Source: Octopus sinensis (Eukaryota). Taken from it: a stretch of 64,000 bases of DNA. A program made the translations under genes and the position numbers. Positions 26,328 to 39,684 of this stretch are shown in pieces. The DNA lies in assembly GCF_006345805.1 (NCBI RefSeq), contig NC_043014.1, forward strand, positions 18,972,001 to 19,036,000, given 5' to 3'. The notes beneath the pieces are model-generated. The model did no database searches and was not told the DNA's origin. It was given only the letters and a program-made list of their open reading frames with translations. The number at the start of each line of letters is the position of its first letter. Position 1 is the stretch's first letter.

Positions 26328-26515
26328 CTGCTATTTCTAAATTTCGGTATGTGGTGAGGCAAATTTTTGCGGAACCCTAATTGTAATTATACTCATAATT
26401 ATTTAAAAAATTGTTTAAGTTTCCCGATAATGGTTTTTTAAAATACCGAACTACTTGGTAAAAAATACTAATTATTAATTAATTAATTAATTTTACCCTT
26501 TATGATTATTGATAT
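26328..26515 (+). mobile_element. Diverged relative of the terminal part of the 558-bp unit
   Basis: ctgctatttctaa..ttcggtatgtgg ... ataccgaactacttggtaaaa...attaattaattaattttaccct aligns to the reverse complement of about 13500-13660; ends in (TA)n. Confidence 0.7.
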
Positions 26516-26706
26516 ATATATGTATATGTATATATAAGAAGAAAAAACTGAGGCAAGCACTCAGTTTTAAACGAATTTGGTAAACTATATCAAACAATCA
26601 GACACCAATACATGCAAGTAGAGTTAACATTCAAGGAAATTCCTCATGTATTAAATGTAAATTTAAATATCGTTTAGAAAAAAATTAAAGAAATCCATAA
26701 TATTAG

Positions 26707-27120
26707 ACAACACAAATGGGGATAGAGAAAATCACATCTTAAATTGTTGAATTCACTATAGAATGCCGACTATCATTTCTGTTGTATCAACATATTCAAA
26801 TACTGAAAATATCATTCAATTAATATATTCGAAAATAAGTGTTAACACGTTTCCAAAGCAATCCAAATTATTCAAATTCAAGGTGAACTAAGAAAATATG
26901 TCCAGCACACGGACGTATAATAAAGTATGTTAAGATATTTTCTTAGTTTTAACTAATTTCGGATCGCCTGGGAAACGTCGTGTTAAAATGTATGTTCGTA
27001 TATATTAATTTGAACGATATTTTCTGTATCGAAATATGTTGATACCATTTAAACGATCGTCGGTATTCTATAGTGAATTCAACAATTAAATATGTTTGTC
27101 TCTGTCCCTATTTTTGTTGT
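26707..27120. repeat. Imperfect long inverted repeat (arms about 190 bp, spacer about 35 bp)
   Basis: aattgttgaattcactatagaat / attctatagtgaattcaacaatt, gtatcaacatatt / aatatgttgatac, aactaagaaaatat / atattttcttagtt. Confidence 0.85.
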
Positions 27121-27529
27121 ATATATGCATGTGTGTGAGTGTATGTGTATATGTGTATGTGAGTGTGTGTGTGCTTGAGTGTGTGCATGCTTCTTTTTAT
27201 ATATGTGCACGTTCTTTGTATTATATTCCGTAGAGGACATGTTTGTGGATGTAGTTAGACTTCTGTTAAGAAAACTATGGCTTATACCCATATTAGTCAT
27301 TTATAATTAGTCAGAAACAACAACGTTCCTCAAGCCATTAATGCTTGAAGGCCTATTCTAACCCATCTTCTGAATGAAGCAATGATGCCACTGCAGTGTT
27401 GAAGCCTTTTGTAGATGCCCAATGAAGAAATCAAAAGACTCATCAACAAACACGATTTAATCCGATCGCAATGCTATCTCGATGTAACGTGTTTGAACGC
27501 AAAGCTGAACTCTATTCCTACATAATGTA

Positions 27530-27930
27530 CATGGTGATTCCTCCATCTTCATAGATGACTGCCACCTGCTTGTGCTTCGTCATTATCCATATCATTTCTG
27601 ATTTTCCATTTGTGACGTCTCAGATGATTACTCATTCCCTTTGCAGGTCTGAATGTTTTGAAGCATAGGTGACAGACGAAAGTTGTATCATAGTAGTGCA
27701 GAATCAGGTACTTTTCCATAACTCAGAAAAATGCCCCCACACTATACATTGCTGAGTAGCATATTACTGTTTATGACATGTAAGTGGTCAGAATGTTACC
27801 GTCGGTTTCGCATCGACTGTTGCACTCGGCAATATTGACAATATTTAAGACATGCCAGCCAGTAGCTTGTCTCAGGTAATTGATGGCACAATTCTGAACA
27901 GTTATATGCCATAACCAGTAATACACTACT
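27530..27930 (-). mobile_element. Probable RTE-clade LINE 3' remnant with a C-terminal C2H2 zinc finger
   Basis: 27680-27612 translates to FVCHLCFKTFRPAKGMSNHLRRH (CX2CX12HX3H); upstream WLWHIT resembles the RWxGHI motif of RTE ORF2. Confidence 0.5.
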
Positions 27931-27954
27931 CGATGATGCATAGCTATACATACA

Positions 27955-28001
<47 letters not shown>

Positions 28002-28012
28002 TATATATATAT

Positions 28013-28081
<69 letters not shown>

Positions 28082-28111
28082 TTGTATTTATGTATATCTA
28101 TGTATGCATGT

Positions 28112-28153
<42 letters not shown>

Positions 28154-28949
28154 GAGAAAGAGACTCAGTTTCTAGCTATTTGGCTCATCCTCTGTCATGA
28201 GCAGCCGCATACCAAAGCGATAGGCAGACACTGCTAACGCTAACAATATACTGTAAACAATGTGACCATCAATCGCTGATTTGCAACAAGCAAAATAGCT
28301 AGTTGTAAAATCTGAAGAAATGATAGGTAGTATCTATACTAAAATATAAATTACACACACATATAGACAGATACATACACACACATACAAACACACACAC
28401 GCACACACACACAAACACACAAACGTACACACACAGTTACTCAAACACATATATGTACAAATCTCTCCCCGGCTCTACATATCAAGACATACATATATAC
28501 ATACATACAAACATACTTACCGGCATACAACCACGCATACACACATGTTTACACATATATACACTTACACATACGCACAGGCGGAAAGATTTGCACACAA
28601 ATGTTTTCTTCCTTTAATCGTCATAACCCTTATGATAAAAAACAATCACCATCATTGTCACAAGTATTCTCCAGTGAAATAAAATCTCTCTACGCAACAG
28701 TTCAAGTTGCTGCAATGAGGAAGTAAATCTTGTTTAAATCTGACATCACTGTTTAATGAAATGAACACATTAGATAATGGAGGCTAAGATTTACAATGGT
28801 TTAATGCAAAGCGGCATGGTCATATTTGGAAAGTTTTTATCACATATAAGTCTCATCATTGTTGGCCTATACCTAAATATCTACTATAATAATATTATCT
28901 TTGCTATTAGTACTGTCACAAACTTCCTTAAGGTGACAAACGGTGATAT

Positions 28950-29110
28950 CCGTTAGCACGCCGGACAAAATGTTTAGTGGTATTTCGTTCGCTATTACGT
29001 ACTAGGGTTTAAATTCCGCTAAAGTTCACTTTATTTAATATCCTTTCGGCCGATGAAATAATCGACTTCCCCCTTCCCTCAAATGCTGTTGACCCTGTGC
29101 CAAAATATAT
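28950..29110 (+). mobile_element. SINE family A, degraded
   Basis: cgttagcacgccggacaaaatgtttagtggtatttcg...aaattccgct...tcctttcgg...cctgtgccaaaa. Confidence 0.7.
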
Positions 29111-29126
29111 AACCATTATCACCATA

Positions 29127-29528
29127 GGTGCAGGAGTGGCTGTGTGGTAAGTAGCTTGCTTACCAACCACATGGTTCCGGGCTCAGTCCCACTGCGTGGC
29201 ACCTTGGGCAAGTGTCTTCTACTATAGCCTCGGGCCGACCAAAGCCTTGTGGGTTGATTTGGTAGACGGAAACTGAAAGAAGCCCGTCGTATATATGTAT
29301 ATATATGTGTGTGTGCATGTGAGTCTGTGTTTGTCCCCCCCTCCAACATCACTTGACAATCGATACTGGTGTGCTTACGTCTCCGTAGCGTAGCAGTTCG
29401 GCAAAAATAACCGATAGAATAAGTATTAGACTTACAAAGAATAAATCTTGGCGTCGATTTGCTCGACTAAAAGCGGTGCTCCAGCATGGCCACAGTCAAA
29501 TGACTCAAACAAGTAAAAGAGTAAAAAA
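29127..29528 (+). mobile_element. tRNA-derived SINE family B, full length
   Basis: A box TGGCTGTGTGG, B-box-like GGCTCAGTCC, caccttgggcaag block, internal (TA)/(TG) tract, tail aaacaagtaaaagag; many homologues in the window. Confidence 0.9.
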
Positions 29529-29951
29529 ACATCGTCGTTTAATATATTTATATATATCAACGTCATTAACATAATCGTCGTTGTTGTCATCATAATCATC
29601 ATCACCATCATTATCAACAGCGACAGCATTATCTAGAAATGATTACGTCGATATATAGATGAAATGATAATGGTGGTGATGGTTGTGGTGATAGTGGTGA
29701 TGGTGTTGTCGTTGTAGTTGTTGTTGTTGTTGTGGTTGGCGGTGGTGGTGGTGGAGAATGCTGTTGGTGATATATGAGGAAACTGTTCAGTTTGCCAATA
29801 GATGTGATATTATCTTCAGATCGTCATATATCATGTTATCAGATTTAATACATCTGCAACGTATCCGGTAGATTTTAATGTGATAACGTTCTACACGTAT
29901 GAATCGCTCACGCAAACACATGCAGGCAAAACTACACACTGCCGGGGTATA

Positions 29952-29993
<42 letters not shown>

Positions 29994-30675
29994 ATATATT
30001 TACATATATATATATATTATATGTATAAATATAATTGTACATATGTCCTTGTATTTGTGTGTATAAATTCAACAGAATGCATGCATTGAGACGCGCGCGT
30101 GCAAATACACTCGATTGTGCATGGATGCGTTTTGTAATTGTCCGGAGTTAATTAAATGATATGACAGTATAAACAAGTAGATCTTCATATCATCATATTT
30201 AAATATTACATTTAAACGTTGAATAAGCATAGATATACGTTTATCTATATATATCTATCTAACTATCTATGTATCTATCTATCTATCTATTTATCTTCCT
30301 ATCTAACTATCTCTAGATGTATATATTTTGTGTCTGTATCTGTGTACATGTTAGCCTGTGTATGAGATAGCATAATTATTTTATACATGTGTATAAATAT
30401 GTATAGAGACAGAAACATAATATCATATGACGTATAGATTTATTGTGAAGCAAAATTCCACGAGTGACAGTATTAACAATAAATAGCAGGAGAAATGTTA
30501 TCCAGCGACGTAAATTACATGGATGTATATTCAGTCTTCGATGTCTGAAAAGACAGGCTTTGGAATGTATTTCTTCGTTCCACATAAATTTATCAGGAAG
30601 CATGCTTTCAGCTGATTTCCACAATGAAGCACCCTTACAACAATTCGTTTTAGTGATATATATATATATATGTAT

Positions 30676-30875
30676 GAGGAATGGAGTAGATAAAATTCAG
30701 GCTACCTATGTTTCATAGCTAGTGGAACCTCGGAAATAGTAAATTATCCAAACGAGGGGTAGACCGCAAGATACTCTTCAGGCCAAGGATACTTTAATTA
30801 TATGGAGTTTACATTGTTGTTAAGCGATCCCGTTAAACTCATTCGATCGAAGTTCATTGAAAACGACTAGTACTC
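30676..30875 (-). mobile_element. Family H2 hammerhead-bearing repeat, copy 2
   Basis: Homologous to 15527-15716; preceded by (TA)n. Confidence 0.75.
30698..30786 (-). ncRNA. Type I hammerhead motif with a long stem II
   Basis: Minus strand ggc-CUGAAGA-(gua...ccucg...cgagg...uau)-GAAAC-auag-GUA-gcc; TCTTCAG at 30775-30781. Confidence 0.65.
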
Positions 30876-32011
30876 TACTATATTTTGAGTTGTTGGTTAA
30901 GCTGAGTTTGTAGCCGACCCTAGTAGCAACAGCAGCAACAGCAGTTTTTCCCAACAATTACTACGGTAGCAGGAAGGACAGTAGCAATAGCAACTGCAGA
31001 AACCCCCAAATAATTTTGGTTAAGTAACACTGGTTGCTGTAAAATATATGTTCAAAATTTTGGAGAGTACATCTTTTAAGCAGTGTGGTTTCCTTCTGTA
31101 TTGCTTTTGTTTTGATTGCACTTAAAAGATCTCAATGACAACAATCTAATTCTTTGAACGCGGTGAGGTCGAAAAAATCTTAGGCACAAAATAATGAGAT
31201 GGTGAAGTGATTAAGGCCCGATATCCTCTTGAAATTATCATGCTTTTGTGATTTTAAAAGAAAATTTAGCCTAGACTGGCAGCTTTTATGAGCACGTCTT
31301 AAGAGTAATTTTGAGATACTTTCACTCGCCTAGTAGCGATGAAATAGGTAGTAGCATTCTGTCTGTTTTGATAATGAGAGGTAAATGGTGGTGTGGTTTA
31401 GTTCGGTCAGTCTTTCCTCGCTTAAAAATGGAAATTCGTTTCCATTAGAGACAAAAGAGAAATTGGAATGTATGCCAATGAATCTCTGGAAATCCTGTAT
31501 TTTGGGGCCCTTGAGACTAAACAACTAATCACACGGAAACTCATGCCTTCTATAAAGTTTATCCAACGAATTTCCTCTCCCAGTACAATATATTGAATTT
31601 ATCTTCATCAGATTCAGCGCAAATCATTGGGTATCAGCACACTTGTAGATGATCACCGGATAGTACTAGAGGGGGAAAAAAGGGTCCTTTAAATTTAACC
31701 ACATCTCCAATATAATTCTTAATTACACGATAGTCTTCTCTTCACTCTTTTCCATAAAGTCTTCGCCCGAAACAAAGTCAAAACGTAAAATGAAATAAAA
31801 TATAAATTCAAATGCGCTTCCACTTCTTCTTTTCTTGTACGTTTCCATGTTTAATAAATTAAAAATATAATCACCCCTCTGCCTGAATTTTCCTGCTAGT
31901 GTATACACCCCCACCCACCCACACACATACACACATATCATTATATGCACACATGGATATACATAAATGTAAACACGCATATATAATATATATACACATA
32001 CACGTATGCAT

Positions 32012-32390
<379 letters not shown>

Positions 32391-33805
32391 GTGTGGTGTG
32401 TGTGTGTGTGTATGCGTGTGTGTGTGTGTGTGTGTGTGTGTATCTACACATAGGTGTGCCAATCTGTATGTGTGCATGTTTGTAGTGTTTCTTGGTACTA
32501 GACAAAAAGTTAATGAAACGTCGCTCTCTGTATAGATGCAGTAATGTTTAGTAACATATTTCACAGATAGAACTTCTGTCAACTGCTGTTAATACTGTAA
32601 GAAACAGCTCATCAGTGATTCTAGATCTCATCAAGCAGAAGATCCAGATCAAATCGAGATAAATATGTTTTTCCTCATATACTCACATGTAGTGTCATAT
32701 TGTTCAACCCGCCAATGAATAAAAGAAACTTTCCCTTCAATAGTAATAGCCAGTATTAGTGAATTTATGACAGAAATGATGTGCTACATTCTTTACGTGC
32801 TGCATTCTTTACACTCAATCTTCAATATCAAACTACAAAAAGCTTCTCTATAAATATTGAACATAAAATTTATAGACACTTATAGTGAGACTGTAAAGTA
32901 GAAGTAAATAATACCTTGTGAGTGAATTTGTTACAGGGAAATTGTGTGGAAGCCATCAGTATATATATACATGTATGTATGTACGTATGCATGTGTGTAT
33001 GAATATATGTATGTATGTATGTATATATGTATGTATGTATGTATGTGTGTGTATGTGTGTATGTGTATGTATGTATGTATGTATGTATGCATGTATGTAT
33101 GGATGTATGTATGTACGTATTTAGTAAAGCAAGAAAACATTGACGCACCCACCCTCTTTGCAATATACTTTTCAAATCTCCGTGGAAGGTATTTACATAA
33201 AATATCGAACATCAGAGAATGTTTTTAATCTGACCAGACTGAAATTCAAAATGAAAGTTTTTACTTCACTCATTAAGGGAACTCTTTTACGCTGGCCATT
33301 GCGATCTAATCAGTCACTTTGAAACAGGTCTGCAATCTCTTGTATCTGAATTTGACTCGGCTTGTGGTGATTTTGGCTTGTCCAACAACTTGAAAAATAT
33401 TAGTACCAGGCTTAAAAGGAAGTACTAGGGTCGGCTAAATCCTTCAAGGAATGCCTCGGAATGGCTGCAGGTCTATGACTAAAACAAGCGAAAGATGAAC
33501 CACCTGATCTTTGAATTAGAGCCAAGAGGTTGTGTACTACACTGACTCCTGAGCATCAGCGGGATTCTCAGGTGGGGATATTGTGATACGTTGGGAGAAA
33601 TGTTCGACCTCTAAATTATAGAATCTGCCCAAATGGCGGGATTCAATGCATTTTCTATCACAAAGCTTTGATCAACATCAGGTTATTATAAAATGCACTT
33701 TCCCAAGATATCAGATGGGATCTAGCCTGGGACCTCTTAACTGAGAAGTGAAGTTTGCAACCATTTCGCTATGCTGCCTTCATATCATTCCAATGACATT
33801 ATTAG

Positions 33806-34029
33806 TCTTCAAATTTTGGCATAAGTCCATTAATTTTCGGGGTGGAGGTAAGTAGATGGAGATACATCACATCAAACCGGTGCTCAGCTGGTACTTATTT
33901 TATTAACCTCCGAAAGGATCAAAGGCAAAGTCGGCCTTGGCAGAATTGCAACTCAGAATGTGAAGTCAGACGATATGCTGCTAAGCATTTTTTCCCGGCG
34001 AGCAAACGATTGTGGCTGCTCTCCGCCTT
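33806..34029 (-). mobile_element. SINE family A, near full length
   Basis: ctggtacttattttatt...gaaaggatcaaaggcaaagtcg...gctaagcattt...ctccgcctt. Confidence 0.8.
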
Positions 34030-34587
34030 CATTCCTATTACAATATTATTGCAGAAATTTAAACATCAACACAGTGGAGCTAAATTAGAATTTACCAATG
34101 CTACACGAGGTCATTGTCATATTGCTAAAAGGAATTAATTGCCCGTAACACTATAAACTCGTTAACAACAATATTTCAGCCATTTAGATAATTGGGCCAT
34201 AGACTATTTATCACAAAATTCCTAATTATTATGAATTACGAACATCACCGGAAATCGCCATTTATTAATCGTGAACCTCTGTGTCCCAGGGCTTCTTTAT
34301 TATGTGCATGGAACGAAAATTTTATTTCTTTTTGCGCCTGAAAATATGCATAGACTTGCACTTCCAACATTAGGCATATGCTATCTTCCCCATAAGAATT
34401 CTGTTATTTTAATTTCTGTATGCTTCATTCCATTAGAAGAAATGTGCTTAAACAATCTCTTTTGCTCTTTGGTGAAAAGGTTTTGGTATAGCATAGTTTC
34501 ACTAGACTGAAGTGGCAAAAGTTTCTGATCATCGGACATAGAGTATTTGTTCTGGCTATTGATACACACACACTCGGGCGTATATAT

Positions 34588-34635
<48 letters not shown>

Positions 34636-34680
34636 GTGTGTGTGTGTGTATACATACTCATGTATATATATGTATATATA

Positions 34681-34845
34681 GGTGGCACAGGCATGGGTGT
34701 GTGGTAAAAAACTTGCTTCCCAACCACATATTTCCGAGCTAAGTCCCACTGTGTCCCCTACTATAGCCTCGCTCAACCAAAGCCTTGTGAGTGGATTTGG
34801 TAGGCAGAAACAGAAAGAAGATCGTGGTATATATATATATATATA

Positions 34846-34876
<31 letters not shown>

Positions 34877-35102
34877 TGTGTGTGTGCGTGTGTGTGTGTT
34901 TGTGTGTCTGTACCTGTCCTCCCACATCGTTTGACAGTCGCTGTTGGTGTGTTTACGTCCCTGTAGCATAGCGGGTTGGCATAAGAGGCCGACAGAATAA
35001 ATACTAGGTTTACGAAGAAAATGTCCTGGAGTCGATTTGTTCGACTAAAGGCGGTGCTCCAGCAGGCCGTAGTCAAATGACTGAAACAAGTAAAAGAAAA
35101 AG

Positions 35103-35105
<3 letters not shown>
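34681..35105 (+). mobile_element. SINE family B with an expanded internal microsatellite
   Basis: Head, internal (TA)n(TG)n tract and tail match 29127-29528. Confidence 0.85.
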
Positions 35106-35146
<41 letters not shown>

Positions 35147-36423
35147 CATCAGGTTTGCCCTTACTTTATCAGTGAAATTCGGTAAACGTGAGGCGAAGCC
35201 CATTGGGTGTAATTCAAAAAGTACAACCTCATCACACTCTGTATCCTGCACATTCTATCTTAGTATTATATTAACGTTACATGTGTGCGTAGAATGGCCA
35301 GCTATATGAATTTAGGAGATCGTAATTCTCCTGATCGGTCAATTTTTTTCTTATCGTCACCACGTTTACTGCCAAGGACACGGCCTTTGTAAATCCAGAT
35401 CCATCGGGGCAATAGGATCTTATGTAACTTATCAGTCGAGAAATGTTATGAAAAGAGTGATGTTTCCCCCGGCGTCACCGAAGATTTCGATTGTTTTTAC
35501 CGTGTAAATTCTGTAGCAAATCCCGTCGGTGAACTTCATCTGTTTCTGTTCAATTGGAGCGTTGTTTTTCTGCCAGAACTTACTATCATGATGTGCTGTG
35601 ATATATCCCACCAACTCTATCAACTCTCATGTACATCAAATGTTCGACTTTTTACCTACACGATCTTAGCTCTCTACACCAAAGCACAATTTTGGTTGTA
35701 TGTTTCCATCGTCCATTTTTCTGAAGGTACCCACTACCAAACGCCATTCACAGGCAACATCCCACAGAACTTTATGAACAGAGGTTTCAAATGACCTACA
35801 TCATGTCCTTTCAACAGAAACGACACAGTCTCTGCATATATCATGAACACATTGTCGAACTTCTCCGCTAAATAGGAAAACCTCAAAGATGCTACAAACA
35901 TTAGGCCTCACCCACATTCGTGGCATCATCCCTGAGGAACACACAACCTCAACATATTATGTTACAAAATTCGGTTTCTCTCCTTAGAGACCCGACGAAC
36001 TTTATCGCTCAGGGATTAGTAGCCCTCAAAATTGAATGCTTTACTACCTCCGCATATTGCTATGTAGACAATTATCTTCTGCTTTATCCAAAGATGTACC
36101 ACCCATGTAATGAGGATGAAGTCACTTATCAATACGTTCTGAATTTTGTACAGAGATTAGAGAGAAACAGAGGATTAGCGGCATTCTATCTGTCTGTTTG
36201 TTTGTCTGTCTCTCTCTCTCCATCTCTCTCCCTCTCCCCCACCTCCCCCCTCTCTTTCATTTCCTGCCGTTCGTATATTGAACCTTGTTCTTTCTGGCTA
36301 CATGCCATCCCTTCTGCGGCACTTGCTCCTTATTCTACTGTACTTCATATAAGCCCAAGTTCTCACACTAACCACTATGCCTGTGATTCTTTCAACATCA
36401 GTTAAATTACTACTGTAGATTAC

Positions 36424-36467
<44 letters not shown>

Positions 36468-36751
36468 TATTATTATTATTATTATATTATTATTATTATT
36501 ATTATTATTATTTTGCCTACGGTCATCGACTTGCAGTTTCCCAAGATGAACAGAAATTCTCATCAGTGTAGTATCGGAATGTCTGCGAAAACCACGGGCA
36601 CAGCCACATTCTCAAAAACAAACGAATAATAATAATAATGATGATGATGATGACGACGATGAAAATGATGATGCTGATGATGATGACGATGAGGAGGAGG
36701 AGGAGGAGGAGGATGAGGATGATAATAAAAATAATAATAATAATAATAATA

Positions 36752-36794
<43 letters not shown>

Positions 36795-37689
36795 ATTAAT
36801 AATAATAATAATTATAATATATTAAAAGGCCTAGCCCTTTCAACATTGTCACGATAATTATTTCTGAGAATTACGCTAATGCTATAAGTATGAGAGGAAT
36901 ACTTGCGTTGTAATTCAATTAGTATCTCGTTCCGTTCATTGAACAATTGGAACACACAGCGTCAAAGGAAGACACGATGTTATATTAAATATATGAACTG
37001 CAGACAAACAGTTCGGTGTGTCTGTGTTAATGTGTGCGTGTGTGTATGCGTGTGTGCGTGTGTGTGCGTGTGCGTGTGTGTATGTGTGTGCGTGTGTGTG
37101 TGTGTGTGTGCTTGTGTGTGTGTGCGAGCGTGTGTGTGCGTGGCTGTCTGCATGTGTGTGTGTGTATGTGTGTGTGCCTGTGTTTGTGTGCGTATTTGTA
37201 TATTTAAAATATTGATAAAATATTAGATGTTGAAATATGATTTACATCAATATTTAAGTATGTGTGTGTTTGTGCGCGCGTGTGTGTATGTTTATGTATG
37301 TATGAATGAGTGTGTTGCTGTGTGTGAGTGCAATGTGTGTGTGTAAAGAAAAGGGAGAAAAGTTACCATCACATTTACTGAACGTAAATATATCTATATA
37401 ATTTATAGGAAGCTTAAACTTCATAAATCGTTACATTCACGGAATCGTTACTGATCTCTGGAAAATTATATAAAAGTAGAGTCATAAAAGTTGCATCTAG
37501 GAGGCAAAAAGGTGTTTGAAATATACTTATATTCCTATAATTTCGTAACTGACGTCAAGAAAGACAGTATTACTTCATAAATATAGAGATATTTGAGCCT
37601 TGTGGGAAATGTTATACTCTGTGCAAATAGCTTACAGCATCCTATCTTATGTCTGAAATTTAAAATTTAGAAAAGCAGTTATATAATAT

Positions 37690-38040
37690 TGATTTCAAAT
37701 GTTGGTACAAGGCCAGCGATTTCGGGGTAGCGAGTGAGTCGATTAAATCGACCCCAGTGCTTAACTTTCAGCCCCGAAACGATGAAAGGCAAAGTCAACC
37801 TTGACGGAATTTGAACCCAGAATGTAAAAACAGACGAAATTGCACTAAGCTTTTTGCCTGGTGTGTAAACAATTCAGCCCGATCGCCGCCTTAGAATCTT
37901 AAAATGTTGACTTTAAAAGATGGCACAGTGCCACCAATTTCAGCGGCGGAAATAAGACGTTTACGTCGACAACATTGCTGAACTGGTACTCATTTTAATG
38001 GCCCCGAAAGGAGGAAAGGCAAAGTCGACCTCGTTGGAAT
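37690..38040 (-). mobile_element. Two adjacent SINE family A copies
   Basis: gaaaggcaaagtc block at about 37784 and 38014; head end gccgcctt at about 37892. Confidence 0.75.
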
Positions 38041-38328
38041 AAAGGCTTCTAATGTTAAAAGAGAAAGCTTCATATGTGAGTACATATTTCATACAGTTGA
38101 CTCAGCCTCGTAAAATTTTTATTGTTGTTGAGATTTAACACTAGGAGACGCTTGACCGAGCAGATCTCTGGTCAAACACACACACACACACACACATACA
38201 CACACACATACTTATAGAGACATATATAGCTTCTTGTAAACATTTCATTTGAATTCATAACGTAACGTCGGACGAAATACCAACAAGCATTTTCCCCAGT
38301 ATGCTAACGATTCTGCCAGCTCACCGCC

Positions 38329-38369
<41 letters not shown>

Positions 38370-38396
38370 TAATAATAATAATAATAATAATGATAT

Positions 38397-38446
<50 letters not shown>

Positions 38447-38456
38447 TGATGATGAT

Positions 38457-38505
<49 letters not shown>

Positions 38506-38555
38506 TAATAATATAATAATAATAATAATTTCATTTATTTGCCACAACAACAACA

Positions 38556-38815
38556 TAAATAATAAGAATGATCCAGCTATGGAAAATGGACAAAATGAAG
38601 ATAGTACCAATTACGGTTGGGTCCTTGGGATCAGTATCAGAAACCATCCAGAGGAATATAAAGGAAATTGTAATAGAATTCTTAGTAGAACTGTTACAAA
38701 GTTTGCCTCCTTGGCATGGCCAGAATATCCAGGAAAATATGAGATAGCTGAAAAGAACGAATGGCATGCAAGACTCCAGGAGCTCCAGGAAAACCTGTGA
38801 CAAAGAGAAAATAAT
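38556..38815 (+). mobile_element. R4/Dong-type non-LTR retrotransposon 3' fragment
   Basis: LWKMDKMKIVPITVGSLGSVSETIQRNIKEI...ELLQ/VCLLGMARISRKI matches the RLE-LINE C-terminus (VVPIVIGALG...LLGTARILRK); (TAA)n on both sides. Confidence 0.8.
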
Positions 38816-38834
38816 AGCAGTAATAATAATAATA

Positions 38835-38887
<53 letters not shown>

Positions 38888-38898
38888 TAATAATAATA

Positions 38899-39205
38899 TT
38901 GACCGATTGGCTGATTGCTACCTAACTTAGATACCAGGAAACCCCAACATGGCAGAAATTCAAAAGATAGTGCTCATGGGAACTGCTCATATCCTACGCA
39001 AAATACTCTCTATGTAATCCCAAGGTTTAAAACAAACTTTTTTTTAATGTATTAGACATTCACTAGTACAACACCAAAAAAACCCCCAAATATATGGCAC
39101 ACTAGGCATAACAACAACGTGAACTTCCAACCTGTTGTCTCTTGAGGTCTCTGGGTGAGACTTGGAGCCAACTTGTACAGACATAAAGCAAAAGTCAAAC
39201 ATATG
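38899..39205 (+). mobile_element. R4/Dong-type 3' fragment, second subfamily
   Basis: IPGNPNMAEIQKIVLMGTAHILRKILSM* plus a 3' UTR ending in (TAA)n; homologous to 44760-45070. Confidence 0.8.
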
Positions 39206-39285
<80 letters not shown>

Positions 39286-39289
39286 AATA

Positions 39290-39339
<50 letters not shown>

Positions 39340-39347
39340 AATAATAA

Positions 39348-39660
39348 ACAGGACGATTTGAAGTGGGAAATCCGAAGGTTGTGGTCAATGAAGAGAGTAG
39401 ACGTAATACCTATACTAATTGGTGCACATGGAGGTATCAGCACTCAGCTACCAGCATGGCTGAAAAAGATCGGTGCAAATATGAAGGTAGAGCAGTAACA
39501 AAAACCAGTATTGTTTGGAACAGCAAGAATTCTTCGCAGAATTGTTAAATCATGAACAGGCAAATAAGTGTCACCTTATTCTGCTGGCTGTGGACACCTG
39601 ACACTTCCCATAATATCCAGCAATATAAGCTATGAGTTTTAATGCAACAACAAAAGCATC
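39348..39660 (+). mobile_element. R4/Dong-type 3' fragment, third subfamily
   Basis: DDLKWEIRRLWSMKRVDVIPILIGAHGGISTQLPAWLKKIG...LFGTARILRRIV; flanked by (TAA)n. Confidence 0.85.
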
Positions 39661-39684
39661 AATAATAATAATAATAATAATAAT

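Noticed and set aside
31560-31615. Minus-strand CTGATGA...GAAA
   Set aside because: No pairing for stem II or III.
35650-36410. Possible CR1-type LINE remnant and the 161-aa ORF
   Set aside because: Only short hints (LALY.KAQ, HTNHYA); too decayed to call, and the ORF crosses a CT microsatellite.
36520-36572. Minus-strand CTGATGA...GAAACTgcaAGTC with a good stem III
   Set aside because: Stems I and II do not pair, so it is likely chance.
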